Below are positions 27,901 through 35,851 of a stretch of 35,851 nucleotides of DNA, one piece after another. Positions within the stretch are counted from its first letter, which is position 1. The number at the start of each line of letters is the position of its first letter. The notes below the pieces were generated by a model. The model did no database searches, was not told the origin of the DNA, and saw only the letters and a list, made by a program, of their open reading frames with translations. Made by a program: the position numbers and the translations under genes. The stretch lies in the sequence record SRR31156797_1783; one strand, given 5' to 3'.

Positions 27901-29396
27901 CCACAAAAGAAGATATCAATCATAACCCATTTGAAGAATTTATTCAGCCAGAAGCTGAAAACCCAACTGAAGAAATTAATCAGTCAGAGGAAGATAATCC
28001 ATACGGTATCCCTGGAATCCGTAAATATGGCTATGAATTTACAGAAAATGATAGCGAAACCGAGGATAATCTTCTGGATAATGATGAGATTGAACATACT
28101 GATATGACCGATGAAGAAGACGGAGATACATTAAACAACCCATACGAATTACTTGGCATTCACAAGTATAATCCTGATGTTGATAATTCTTCTGATATTG
28201 TACAGAATACAGATACAGAGCTTGGTAGTGGTATATCAGATGAAAGCAAATCATCAGAACCTCTCAATACTGAGAGCTCTGAAAACAGTGATTTTGTTTA
28301 TTCATATATTAATAGTATCAACGAAAAACTGGATGAAACACAGGAAGCTGATAATGAAGAGGATATTGCTTTAGAATCAGTTGCAGAAGACGAACCGCCT
28401 GTTGAAACAGAAATCGAAGAAGATACAGACGTAAATACAGATATTGATATCGATAATTCACAAATAAATACAGCATACGCTGCCGAAACTGCAGAAGAAA
28501 TCGTACCTGCGGAAGAAATTCAGCCTGTTATTGAAAAGGATGAATACCAAAAAGAATACGATAAATTACTGGAACTTTTAGGCGAGAATCCAGAGGCTAC
28601 CATTGACAGAATATATGAACTAAAAGAAAATCTTGAAAGAGAAGTCATTAGTCGAGACAAAGCAATGGAGGAAATAATTCAGCACAATGACGCTGCTATC
28701 AGGCTGTCAACACTTTCTTCCAGCAAATGGCCATACAAGCAAAAATCAATTGATGACAGCAGGGAAAGAATCGAGGACTTGCATACCGAACGTGTAAAGC
28801 TAAAAACCCAGCTGGATATTCTAATGTCTAAGCAGTATAAGTTTACTTACGAAGAAACTCCGCAGGCAATATCAGATGAAATACGCCTTATACAGGAAAA
28901 AATAAGTAATCTTAAGATAGAGAATGATAAGTATATAATAGCTCATGAACTCCTGAGAAAACAAGGTAATGAGAAGGTAAGCACTGACTATGATAAATCC
29001 CATGTAATCGAAGACACAAGTGCATATATGAAGGAACTTACATTGGGTAAATACGATATGGTTAAAATAAACGAAGACCAAACAGGCTTATCTATCCGTG
29101 ATAAAGACGGTGAATGGTTTGATACTGCTAAGGTACGTCTGTCACAATCAACCAGAGAGCAGTTATATCTGTCCCTGAGAATATCTATAGCTGACTACTT
29201 TGATGAAAAGTCGCTGATATTCCCAATGTTCTTTGACGAAGCACTGATTACTTGGGACAAGAAACGTATGCACGCAGTAATGCGTCTGCTGTCCAAGATG
29301 TCCGCTCATCGTCAGGTACTAATATTCACCTGCCATGACTGGTTAAAGGATATGATAAAGGATTACCTGATTGGCGCAAAGATAATTATGATGTGA
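24987..29396 (+). CDS. YhaN/SbcE-like SMC-type ATPase with central TM hairpin and two large acidic insertions, 1469 aa
   Basis: N-terminal ENFGKF and Walker A YGSNEAGKST; coiled coils; C-terminal LSQSTREQLYLSLR, Walker B/D-loop FFDEALITWD and H-loop IFTCH. AAGGAGG RBS. Confidence 0.85.
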   Translation: MIIKTISAENFGKFDRYSVSLDDNINVFYGSNEAGKSTLYQIISTLLFAPTTSEETLTSNKLIKKGEEYARVYAIMNIKGKEVSVAREIYQNDTNLTIAEKDNISSLGNVNVPFIGDLSRDMYENLHTIDYYNMATITNNVWEQIMKMIQQTHGAPRRTPLFTTDENEEDILINSPYAEEITALEKEISELYDKLKLSKQSQIKMIKNQETIDKFQSSLEDVEHNIELESAYLREADKMNNIRATIKKTQDLALELETYKKLEPYMPDLREKFMKLKEYSYRKENNLPTDDIIFDAASEDMELVESQEPVEPKIDVMPVVDSIIASEIETAIPADETKSAKEDISQKSYEQTISESSFANQEVIEAIKRIKHKGLVNNPSGKFNNNMKMNPYDVDASDKESTKQKNTQDEEKSFSSSQDVLKKSRDLRKMYGMSTPYSDSHPDMSDTDYSNVDVSGIKDDDKGGYSSFKNEEETEPTLSADANALDIRIIDANDDKSDSITDYDIIRMGDSLEQVDEEAIKIAIEKAKILSDEDEKSLHNSFTAFTRVVNRNLSQYDDIQDIIKTLEEIDISNINKSVVEYRELTRNLRKIEHNVNRMESSANNNSKVISMVIISFISMILGVGCFFIEQIVDYVPQLEVVSDIIMSLPFQNYFAGGAFALIGILLIVASILGSDSTYVEKIAVDEVEMDNLRNKLRSSKRQIIDSLKDLPVPPEYLDNPSNNIVQTVGEIKSAYEDYLNLQKKISTPESIDINLVNDLSNKFLSNKSDDVFENIKSLRELLETTKEKIREETSQDNQHSISPKSFGESTNTLNIPSNNEFSEYEVNSDAPNQQVNSVKPASASFGGPGSVKINSKIMSPDDSDSYQSELDYDDSIDEVTNFGAGINTGDGDYDQNDISYPTASDSSSNLTIDSEDNTYPNEDIKSDDTGENPYGIPGIRKYDGISDSTDSKDKASFLPDYDSTLSDNAFDTTKEDINHNPFEEFIQPEAENPTEEINQSEEDNPYGIPGIRKYGYEFTENDSETEDNLLDNDEIEHTDMTDEEDGDTLNNPYELLGIHKYNPDVDNSSDIVQNTDTELGSGISDESKSSEPLNTESSENSDFVYSYINSINEKLDETQEADNEEDIALESVAEDEPPVETEIEEDTDVNTDIDIDNSQINTAYAAETAEEIVPAEEIQPVIEKDEYQKEYDKLLELLGENPEATIDRIYELKENLEREVISRDKAMEEIIQHNDAAIRLSTLSSSKWPYKQKSIDDSRERIEDLHTERVKLKTQLDILMSKQYKFTYEETPQAISDEIRLIQEKISNLKIENDKYIIAHELLRKQGNEKVSTDYDKSHVIEDTSAYMKELTLGKYDMVKINEDQTGLSIRDKDGEWFDTAKVRLSQSTREQLYLSLRISIADYFDEKSLIFPMFFDEALITWDKKRMHAVMRLLSKMSAHRQVLIFTCHDWLKDMIKDYLIGAKIIMM
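27780..28169 (+). repeat. Dispersed peptide repeat NPY-x(3)-GI-x-KY in an acidic low-complexity region
   Basis: NPYGIPGIRKY at 27780-27812 and 27996-28028, and NPYELLGIHKY at 28137-28169. Confidence 0.85.
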
Positions 29397-29417
29397 TAAT
29401 GTTAAACAACAATAATG

Positions 29418-29454
29418 AAAGCCTATGCACAGTATAATGCGTAGGCTTTTTATT
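29418..29454 (+). terminator. Intrinsic terminator
   Basis: AAAGCCTATGCA, 8 nt, TGCGTAGGCTTT plus TTATT right after the ATPase stop. Confidence 0.75.
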
Positions 29455-29541
29455 ATCCTGTTTCAACAAACTCAATGCAATCAAATAGACTCATAGTATT
29501 ATAATCAAAGCTTATTACCTTTGCATAGAAAGCTTCCTAAT

Positions 29542-30213
29542 CTAAATATTCTTCTCCAGCAAGTAAATACTCCCCACTCGTACAAACCCCAGTGCAGCGG
29601 CAGCATTCACAGAATTTTTATTGTTACTGGCAGACCTCCATAGTATCGTACGATTAGTATCATGCAAAATAGCATTTAGACATGCCTTAACCAAGCCCTT
29701 TTGCCTATGCTCATTAATGGTCAGTACACCAATATCCGCTATATCATCACCCCAGTACCATAGAGACGAAACAGATACTATCTCTTCGTCTATAAATGCA
29801 CCATATACTAAATCATCCTCGCAGCTTACCTGTCCCTGCTCTTTGTCCTCTTTAGAGCATTTAGACAAAAATCTATCAAAAATATCCTTGTCATCCGCTG
29901 TAATTTTTTTAATATAATATCTGCGTGGCAGTTTGATTTTCAATTGAATATCAGGAAATATATTAAAATATCCAGTCTCAGATAATTTATAATTCTGATT
30001 TGCAGCTATTATCTCATCCAGTCCAACTGCTTGATTACTTTCTGGATACTTTAGGTTATCATCCTTACCGTTTATAAGCCAGACAGTACTGTTCTTATAT
30101 ATGTACACTCTGGGTTTATCCTTTTTATTATCTGTATAAACATTGATTTTTTTATCAGGGTATTCCTTTTCACATGTTATAAACTTATAATAATTTTCAA
30201 TAAATTTTTCCAC
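29542..30213 (-). CDS. GNAT-family N-acetyltransferase
   Basis: ADIGVLTINEHRQKGL (motif A) and NKNSVNAAAALGF. GTG start with GGAGAGG RBS. Confidence 0.8.
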   Translation of the reverse strand: MEKFIENYYKFITCEKEYPDKKINVYTDNKKDKPRVYIYKNSTVWLINGKDDNLKYPESNQAVGLDEIIAANQNYKLSETGYFNIFPDIQLKIKLPRRYYIKKITADDKDIFDRFLSKCSKEDKEQGQVSCEDDLVYGAFIDEEIVSVSSLWYWGDDIADIGVLTINEHRQKGLVKACLNAILHDTNRTILWRSASNNKNSVNAAAALGFVRVGSIYLLEKNI

Positions 30214-30412
30214 TTTGCCTCTCCTATATGTATTGACGCACTCTGGTTTATTAGCCTATATTATAGCATAGTTTGAAGATATATATTCTAATGAATACAG
30301 TTAAACACATTTCATTGAATAATTTGTAAAATAATAGGTAATACCCTTCAATAACAGTCCAACAAGTGGATTTTTTGTATAAAATCTGATATAATACGTA
30401 GTCAAATCGGTA

Positions 30413-31522
30413 TTGGAGGAAATTAAAATCAACATCGATACTAAAGAAAAAATAGTAGTAGGAATGTCAGGCGGTGTGGACTCCGCCGTTGCTGCATATC
30501 TTCTAAAGGAGCAGGGGGCAGACGTTGTAGCGGTTTTTATGCGCAACTGGGATGAGCAGGATGAAAACGGCATATGCACAGCGGATGAGGACTATTCCTA
30601 CGTCATAGATATTTGCAATGAGCTTGATATCCCGTACTATACAGTTAATTTCGTAAAGGAATACTGGGACAGGGTTTTTACATACTTCTTAGACGAACTA
30701 AAAAAGGGACGTACCCCAAATCCTGATGTTATGTGCAACAAGGAAATTAAATTTAAGGCATTTTTAGACTTCGCAATGAAACTGGATGCGTCATACCTTG
30801 CAACAGGACATTATGCCAGAGTCAGAGAAGTTGAAGGCAGATATCAAATGCTACGAGGCGTTGATGACAATAAAGACCAGACATATTTTCTGTATACTTT
30901 GGGTCAGAAAGAATTAAAAAAGGTTAAATTTCCCATAGGGCATCTGCCAAAGGCAAAGGTAAGAGAGATTGCGGAAAAAGTCGAATTGGCATCTGCCAGA
31001 AGAAAGGATTCCACGGGAATCTGCTTTATTGGTGAAAGAGATTTCAACAAATTTATTTCTCAGTATCTGCCTGCGCAGGAGGGTGAAATCAGAAATATAA
31101 AGACTGATAAAGCAGTAGGCAGGCATCTAGGGCTGATGTACTACACGATAGGTCAGCGAAAGGGCTTAGGCATCGGCGGTAACTCAAAGCTGAGCGCACC
31201 TTGGTTTGTTGCAAAAAAAGATATTAAGAACAATATATTATACGCTGTGCAGGGAGATGACGATGTGTTATACTACAGAAGTTGCAAGGTTAATGAATTA
31301 TCCTTTGTAGACGGCAAACCTCCTGCAGATAAATTTACCTGTACAGTCCGTCTTCGCCACAGGCAAAAGGACAGAGGCTGCGACGTTAAGATTTTGGGGG
31401 ATGAAGCCATCGTTACATTCCACGACAGACAACGTGCAGTAACTCCAGGGCAATCAGCAGTATTCTATATTGGTGAAGTCTGTCTGGGCGGAGGGGTAGT
31501 GGACTCTGCAGAAAACATCTAG
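30413..31522 (+). CDS. mnmA: tRNA 2-thiouridine(34) synthase MnmA
   Basis: [65 protein letters not shown]. The start codon is uncertain. Confidence 0.97.
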   Translation: MEEIKINIDTKEKIVVGMSGGVDSAVAAYLLKEQGADVVAVFMRNWDEQDENGICTADEDYSYVIDICNELDIPYYTVNFVKEYWDRVFTYFLDELKKGRTPNPDVMCNKEIKFKAFLDFAMKLDASYLATGHYARVREVEGRYQMLRGVDDNKDQTYFLYTLGQKELKKVKFPIGHLPKAKVREIAEKVELASARRKDSTGICFIGERDFNKFISQYLPAQEGEIRNIKTDKAVGRHLGLMYYTIGQRKGLGIGGNSKLSAPWFVAKKDIKNNILYAVQGDDDVLYYRSCKVNELSFVDGKPPADKFTCTVRLRHRQKDRGCDVKILGDEAIVTFHDRQRAVTPGQSAVFYIGEVCLGGGVVDSAENI

Positions 31523-31555
31523 AATATAAACAAAAGTAATGGATGGATTGAACTA

Positions 31556-32425
31556 ATGATGAAGAAAATAAAAAGCATAGTAAAATTATTGCGGGTAAAG
31601 CAATTAATTACAAAGAACGGTTTCGTATTTGCAGGTCTGATATTTGCTAGTAAGTTTACAGACATTGAAGCTATCAAGCTAACACTTCTGGCTTATATTG
31701 CATTCTGTGCCAGTGCAGCATGTATCTACGTGGTAAATGATATCATGGATAGAAAATACGATGCTAATCATCCCACAAAGAAAAATCGTCCTATAGCAAG
31801 CGGTGCGGTGACTGTTGCGGAGGCAGTAATACTAAGCATTATTCTGCTGGTCGTTGCGGTATTAATACCAATACTTATTAACTCAATAGGATTATTAATA
31901 TGTGTAGTATCTTATTTGATTCTTATGATATTCTACTCTATGGGGCTAAAAAACATCGTTATCCTAGACGTGTTTGCTATTGCTTTAGGCTTCCTTCTGC
32001 GTGCATTTGCAGGTGTTGCAGTACTGAATGTTCATATGTCTGAATGGCTGATACTATGCTCATTCCTGCTGGCACTATTTTTGGGTCTTAACAAAAGAAG
32101 CGGTGAACTGGCAAAAATGGGAGACGACGGTACAACCAGAAAAGTTCTTCGTGAGTACAATGAACCTGCAATCAATCAAATGCTGGGCGTTGTAACCCCA
32201 TCATTGGTAGTCAGCTATGCATTATATACATTTAATTCACCAATCGGTCCAATAATGTTGATAACTTTACCAATTGTAATCTATGGTATTTTCAGATATA
32301 TTTATATTAGCAGCAAAACTACAATGCACGACGCACCTGACGAAGTCCTGTTAAAGGATATTCCGCTTTTGATAAGTGTTATCCTATGGGGCATTACGTC
32401 AATTGTATTATTTATAATATACTAA
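31556..32425 (+). CDS. UbiA-family polyprenyl-phosphate phosphoribosyltransferase-like protein
   Basis: LRVKQLITKNGFVF, NDIMDRKYDANHPTKKNRPIASG, LKNIVILDV, GFLLRAFAG, KRSGEL, YGIFRY; multi-TM. Confidence 0.87.
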   Translation: MMKKIKSIVKLLRVKQLITKNGFVFAGLIFASKFTDIEAIKLTLLAYIAFCASAACIYVVNDIMDRKYDANHPTKKNRPIASGAVTVAEAVILSIILLVVAVLIPILINSIGLLICVVSYLILMIFYSMGLKNIVILDVFAIALGFLLRAFAGVAVLNVHMSEWLILCSFLLALFLGLNKRSGELAKMGDDGTTRKVLREYNEPAINQMLGVVTPSLVVSYALYTFNSPIGPIMLITLPIVIYGIFRYIYISSKTTMHDAPDEVLLKDIPLLISVILWGITSIVLFIIY

Positions 32426-32434
32426 AGGAACAAA

Positions 32435-32902
32435 ATGTTTGAAGTTAATGAAATACCAAAAAATCCATTAATACTGAGAATATACAGAGCGATACTCATT
32501 ATTGTCACTTCTGTTATGATGCTTGTTTACCTCTACTCAGCAGTATTCTATGTGGTTTCTGGTCCTAGCTTTACGCTTATAGAGGATACATCCATTTCAT
32601 TCTTAATCCAGATATCTCTTCTCGGCATAGCACTTTTTTTCATGATAATAGCGTGGTTTAAGCACCTGTTAAATGGCATTATCTCATCAATATTTATTAT
32701 TGGCTTTCTCGTATACACCAATATGATTACTGATGACATCAACCTGGGCATTATGCCCTGGATACTTCTTGGAACAAGTATTTCATTTATCGTGTTGGGG
32801 CTAATAAAAAGACACAGAAAAAGGAACATGTCAGATATTCTAACAGAACCTATAAAAGACGAATTCAAAGGTCCTGATGTATATAAATTTGGATTGAAAT
32901 AA
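32435..32902 (+). CDS. Four-TM membrane protein of unknown function
   Basis: Four hydrophobic segments and a basic tail. AAAGGA RBS; the stop overlaps the next ATG (TAATG). Confidence 0.7.
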   Translation: MFEVNEIPKNPLILRIYRAILIIVTSVMMLVYLYSAVFYVVSGPSFTLIEDTSISFLIQISLLGIALFFMIIAWFKHLLNGIISSIFIIGFLVYTNMITDDINLGIMPWILLGTSISFIVLGLIKRHRKRNMSDILTEPIKDEFKGPDVYKFGLK

Positions 32903-33732
32903 TGATTAAAAACGTATTTAAATTTAATAAAAAACCTGAAGGCAAAACCGGATATCAAAAAGAGTGGAGCGATATAAAAAAGACAAAGCGCAGCAAAAAT
33001 CTTAGGAGAATAGGTTTCTTCCTAGGTGTAGCTATCATAGTTACTCTCGTCACACTCTATATCAACTGGCAAAATTACAACAGTGCACTGTCCCAAGCAC
33101 TTTGGGAACTGGAGAATATCACTCCTGAGCCAACTGAAATACCAGCTACTCCTGAGCCAACCCCTGTTCAATATGATGATTTACCTCGTGAATTGGAATT
33201 AGCCTACAGAGCGAATCATGATACTGTTGGATATCTTTATGTAGAGAGCACTGAATTGGACTTTCCTGTAGTCAGGGGAGAGGATAACTACTTCTATCGA
33301 AATAGGTACTACAATAAGGAATCAAATCTAAATGGCTGTGTATACATGCTCACTGAATGCGACCCCGCCAAAACACGACATCTGGTACTAAACGGACCAA
33401 ATGAAGATGACGGCACTATGTTTGCCGACCTTACAGAGTTCCTGAATGAAGGATTCTTCTACAGTCATCAGTATATTACATTTTATACAATGGACGGCAA
33501 GTCCAACTGGCAAGTATTCTCTGTGCATTTTGCAAATGAAAACTTTGATTATGAGGATACTGAATTTGAAAACAATGTTGAATATCTTGCTTATATCAAT
33601 ATATTCAAAACTATGAGTAAGTTTGATACAAATATAGAGCTGGCAGCAAAAGACCAGATTCTGACTATGGCTACCAGCTATTATAATAATGAAAACGGCT
33701 ACCTGCTAGTTCATGCAAAGCTAATAAACTAG
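32902..33732 (+). CDS. Class B sortase-fold membrane protein lacking the catalytic triad
   Basis: TM helix and PEPT linker, then NHDTVGYL, DFPVVRGEDNYFY, GTMFADL, WQVFSV and QILTMATSY...GYLLVHAKL. The His, Cys and Arg positions read Pro, Ser and Tyr. Confidence 0.8.
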   Translation: MIKNVFKFNKKPEGKTGYQKEWSDIKKTKRSKNLRRIGFFLGVAIIVTLVTLYINWQNYNSALSQALWELENITPEPTEIPATPEPTPVQYDDLPRELELAYRANHDTVGYLYVESTELDFPVVRGEDNYFYRNRYYNKESNLNGCVYMLTECDPAKTRHLVLNGPNEDDGTMFADLTEFLNEGFFYSHQYITFYTMDGKSNWQVFSVHFANENFDYEDTEFENNVEYLAYINIFKTMSKFDTNIELAAKDQILTMATSYYNNENGYLLVHAKLIN

Positions 33733-33797
33733 TCCTTTTAAATCAAACCAAACTTGCCCAAAAGACACATAATTAGAATTTTCAACGATTTCAATGT

Positions 33798-33830
33798 AAA
33801 AAAGCTGGCATTTAGCCAGCTTATTATTTT
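33798..33830. terminator. Probable bidirectional terminator
   Basis: A-run, AAGCTGGC-ATTTA-GCCAGCTT, then ATTATTTT, between convergent genes. Confidence 0.65.
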
Positions 33831-35259
33831 ACTCTAAATACCCGTGATAGCACCCTGCAGAGCTTAATGCTGACACATAAGCTGTCCATTCAGTATCAAC
33901 ATCTTTTTCACCATTAATAAATGCTGTCCACCATTCGTACTGTATCTGTTCAATATTCGCTCTTACAGTTCTTTTTGCCATACCATATTTGTAATCTATA
34001 GTATCTTTAGCTATTATAAAGTCCTCTTCAGGCAAATACTTTCTAGTTTCAGCTAAATCACTAAGAAGCTCAGAATCAAACCTTGCCCATGAATTATAAT
34101 AAACACCCGGTAATCCCTCAGGGGTTAACCCCTGATACTTCCATTGATACGTACCGCTCATTGTGTATGGCAGCATATGCTCAATTGCACCATCTGTATG
34201 TTCACTGCTGTGAATACCATCAATACCAGTGTTCAGCAGTTCTCTACCCTCATCAGAAAAGCAAGTATCAATAAACTTTAAGACATTGTATTCATTACCT
34301 GCGCCATAGGTTATACCGCCGTATTTAGCAGGCTCATCTGCATTTGTAGGAATATAAGCATTAGGAGAAAACTGAAGCATTACAGGTGTAAAACCATTCT
34401 CATGAAGCCATTCATAATCATCCTCTGTGGATAAAGCCAATGTAGCCGTACCATCCAGCAGATTTTCTGTAAATGCAGAAGGAGGTGCATACTCGTAATC
34501 ACTTGGGATAATCCCTTGATTATACATATTGTTGAGTTCCTTCATCATTAGTTTGAATTCGTCACTAACTGGTCCATATGTATAGCTTACTTTATCGAAA
34601 TACCAATAAGTGTTTGTACCAAAATACGGAGCAAAAAGCTCCACTAATTCCATTGTTGAGCCTTGTACGACCAACTGACTTCCGTTCATATACTCATAAA
34701 ATGATTCTAAATCATATACATCCTGTGCTGCACCGCTTGGAGCAATAAATACATTGCCTGCAACCAACTGCGATTCCTCCCTAAATGGAAAGCGAGTAAT
34801 AGCAGTACCTGCATTGTAGTCCTCGGCAAAGCTAGGTACTGTCATTAGCCATTCAAAGAAATTAGGTGAACCGTCTTTCAAATACTCATTTACTGTCAGA
34901 AATTTATTTTTGTAGATTTCTGCATTTGATTCATCAACTTCAAAGAAATCATACATTTGATCGCTTGCTAATATTTTGCCTACCGCGTCCTGCCAATATT
35001 TCGGACGAATAGTCTTAAAATTTGCTTTAACCCCTGCCAGCTGATACAGCTCCTCAATTACGTCCCAGTTTTCCATAACATAATCTTCGCTTACCAATAC
35101 CATATTAATAACTGGAAGCTCTTCTTCCGGTGTTTCTACTTCAGGTTCAGGTGTCAGATATGGTTCTAATTCCTCTTCTGTCGGCTCTACAGCACATCCA
35201 GATACTGTTACCAACACCATAACTACAAATATATATAATTTAAATTTATTTTTCTTCAC
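33829..35259 (-). CDS. Extracellular solute-binding lipoprotein (carbohydrate ABC family 1-like), divergent and orphan
   Basis: Lipobox VSGC, YTYGPVSDEFK, MYNQGII, FSDEGRELLNTGIDG and C-terminal FINGEKDVDTEWTAYV. GTG start with AAGGA RBS. Confidence 0.72.
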   Translation of the reverse strand: MKKNKFKLYIFVVMVLVTVSGCAVEPTEEELEPYLTPEPEVETPEEELPVINMVLVSEDYVMENWDVIEELYQLAGVKANFKTIRPKYWQDAVGKILASDQMYDFFEVDESNAEIYKNKFLTVNEYLKDGSPNFFEWLMTVPSFAEDYNAGTAITRFPFREESQLVAGNVFIAPSGAAQDVYDLESFYEYMNGSQLVVQGSTMELVELFAPYFGTNTYWYFDKVSYTYGPVSDEFKLMMKELNNMYNQGIIPSDYEYAPPSAFTENLLDGTATLALSTEDDYEWLHENGFTPVMLQFSPNAYIPTNADEPAKYGGITYGAGNEYNVLKFIDTCFSDEGRELLNTGIDGIHSSEHTDGAIEHMLPYTMSGTYQWKYQGLTPEGLPGVYYNSWARFDSELLSDLAETRKYLPEEDFIIAKDTIDYKYGMAKRTVRANIEQIQYEWWTAFINGEKDVDTEWTAYVSALSSAGCYHGYLE

Positions 35260-35661
35260 AACAAATTCCTTATCTTAAAAATCATCAATTAAATTATATA
35301 ACAATATAGCAGTAAAATGCAATGATTTATTAAGATTGTGTTAAGTTTATCCAAATCAGTTTTGTAGAACAGTACAGCTAAATGCATCCAATTAGTAATA
35401 CATTCTTAAAATATAACTACACAACGCAATTGTAGCTATGTGTATAACTCTTATCAGGCTATATATTTAGCTTGAAAATACTATCACATTGTGAAATAAG
35501 CATACACATTCCATAAAGTAATGTTAAATGAAATATACACCGAAAATAACTGCACTTCACAACATCCGCTTTTTGTATGCCCTTTATCATGCCATTGCTA
35601 TAGCTTGACAAAAGCCATACTATCGCGTGGTTAAATAATAAACCCATCCTTAAATGGATGT

Positions 35662-35705
35662 AAAATATTAGGACCCGCCAAATCGAAAGGATTAGGCGAG
35701 CCCTA
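35662..35705 (-). terminator. Hairpin downstream of amt, probable terminator
   Basis: Minus strand TAGGGCTCGCCTAATC-CTTTC-GATTTGGCGGGTCCTA (G-U pairs work on this strand), followed by ATATTTT. Confidence 0.6.
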
Positions 35706-35734
35706 TAAATCTATATCATATTAATATAGCGATA

Positions 35735-35851
35735 CTATTTGCCAGCTGATGACATTGAGAAGTCAGGATATGCTTCTGAGCCGTGCTCGTGGATATCCAA
35801 TCCTTCCATTTCTTCGCTAGCTTCAACACGTAGACCAACAGTCTTCTTGAT
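35735..35851 (-). CDS. amt: Ammonium transporter (Amt family), C-terminal fragment at the window edge
   Basis: Hand translation IKKTVGLRVEASEEMEGLDIHEHGSEAYPDFSMSSAGK* matches the Amt C-terminal LRV...EE..GLD..EH..AY motif. Absent from the ORF track. Confidence 0.9.
   Translation of the reverse strand: MKKTVGLRVEASEEMEGLDIHEHGSEAYPDFSMSSAGK

Noticed and set aside
23771-29396. A known SMC-type anti-phage system such as Wadjet or Lamassu
   Set aside because: No kleisin/kite subunits or effector gene. The architecture and C-terminal motifs match the YhaO/YhaN type.
35459-35647. 62-aa minus-strand ORF between amt and the SBP gene
   Set aside because: No recognisable motif, atypical composition, and it begins just after a terminator-like hairpin. 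I cannot support it as a gene.

Overview
AT-rich chromosomal window, most likely from a clostridial Firmicute (inferred from gene content). No mobile element, CRISPR array, tRNA or rRNA was seen. In order it holds: 5'-truncated lepA; an MBOAT plus SGNH O-acyltransferase pair; small membrane proteins and lipoproteins; a dockerin-tagged M14 peptidase coupled to a membrane-anchored cohesin-like protein; three tandem S11 D-Ala-D-Ala carboxypeptidase paralogs; a DUF2975/HTH pair; a truncated DUF4386-like gene; an eight-gene shikimate/Phe operon; a YhaO/YhaN (SbcD/SbcE)-like pair; a GNAT; mnmA; a UbiA-family gene; a sortase B-like gene; an orphan solute-binding lipoprotein; and the 3' end of an ammonium transporter. 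Four observations stand out. (1) An unannotated 36-aa leader peptide with 11 Phe codons and a complete terminator/antiterminator precedes the aro operon, which implies ribosome-mediated attenuation instead of the T-box typical of Firmicutes. (2) A non-cellulosomal cohesin-dockerin pair appears to tether a peptidoglycan peptidase to the membrane. (3) An Mre11/SbcD-like protein lacking its metal ligands is paired with a giant SMC-like ATPase carrying acidic insertions and NPYGIPGIRKY repeats. (4) Further apparent pseudo-enzymes: a sortase without its His/Cys/Arg triad and PBPs with altered SxN motifs. All family calls come from motif recognition by eye, not from database searches.
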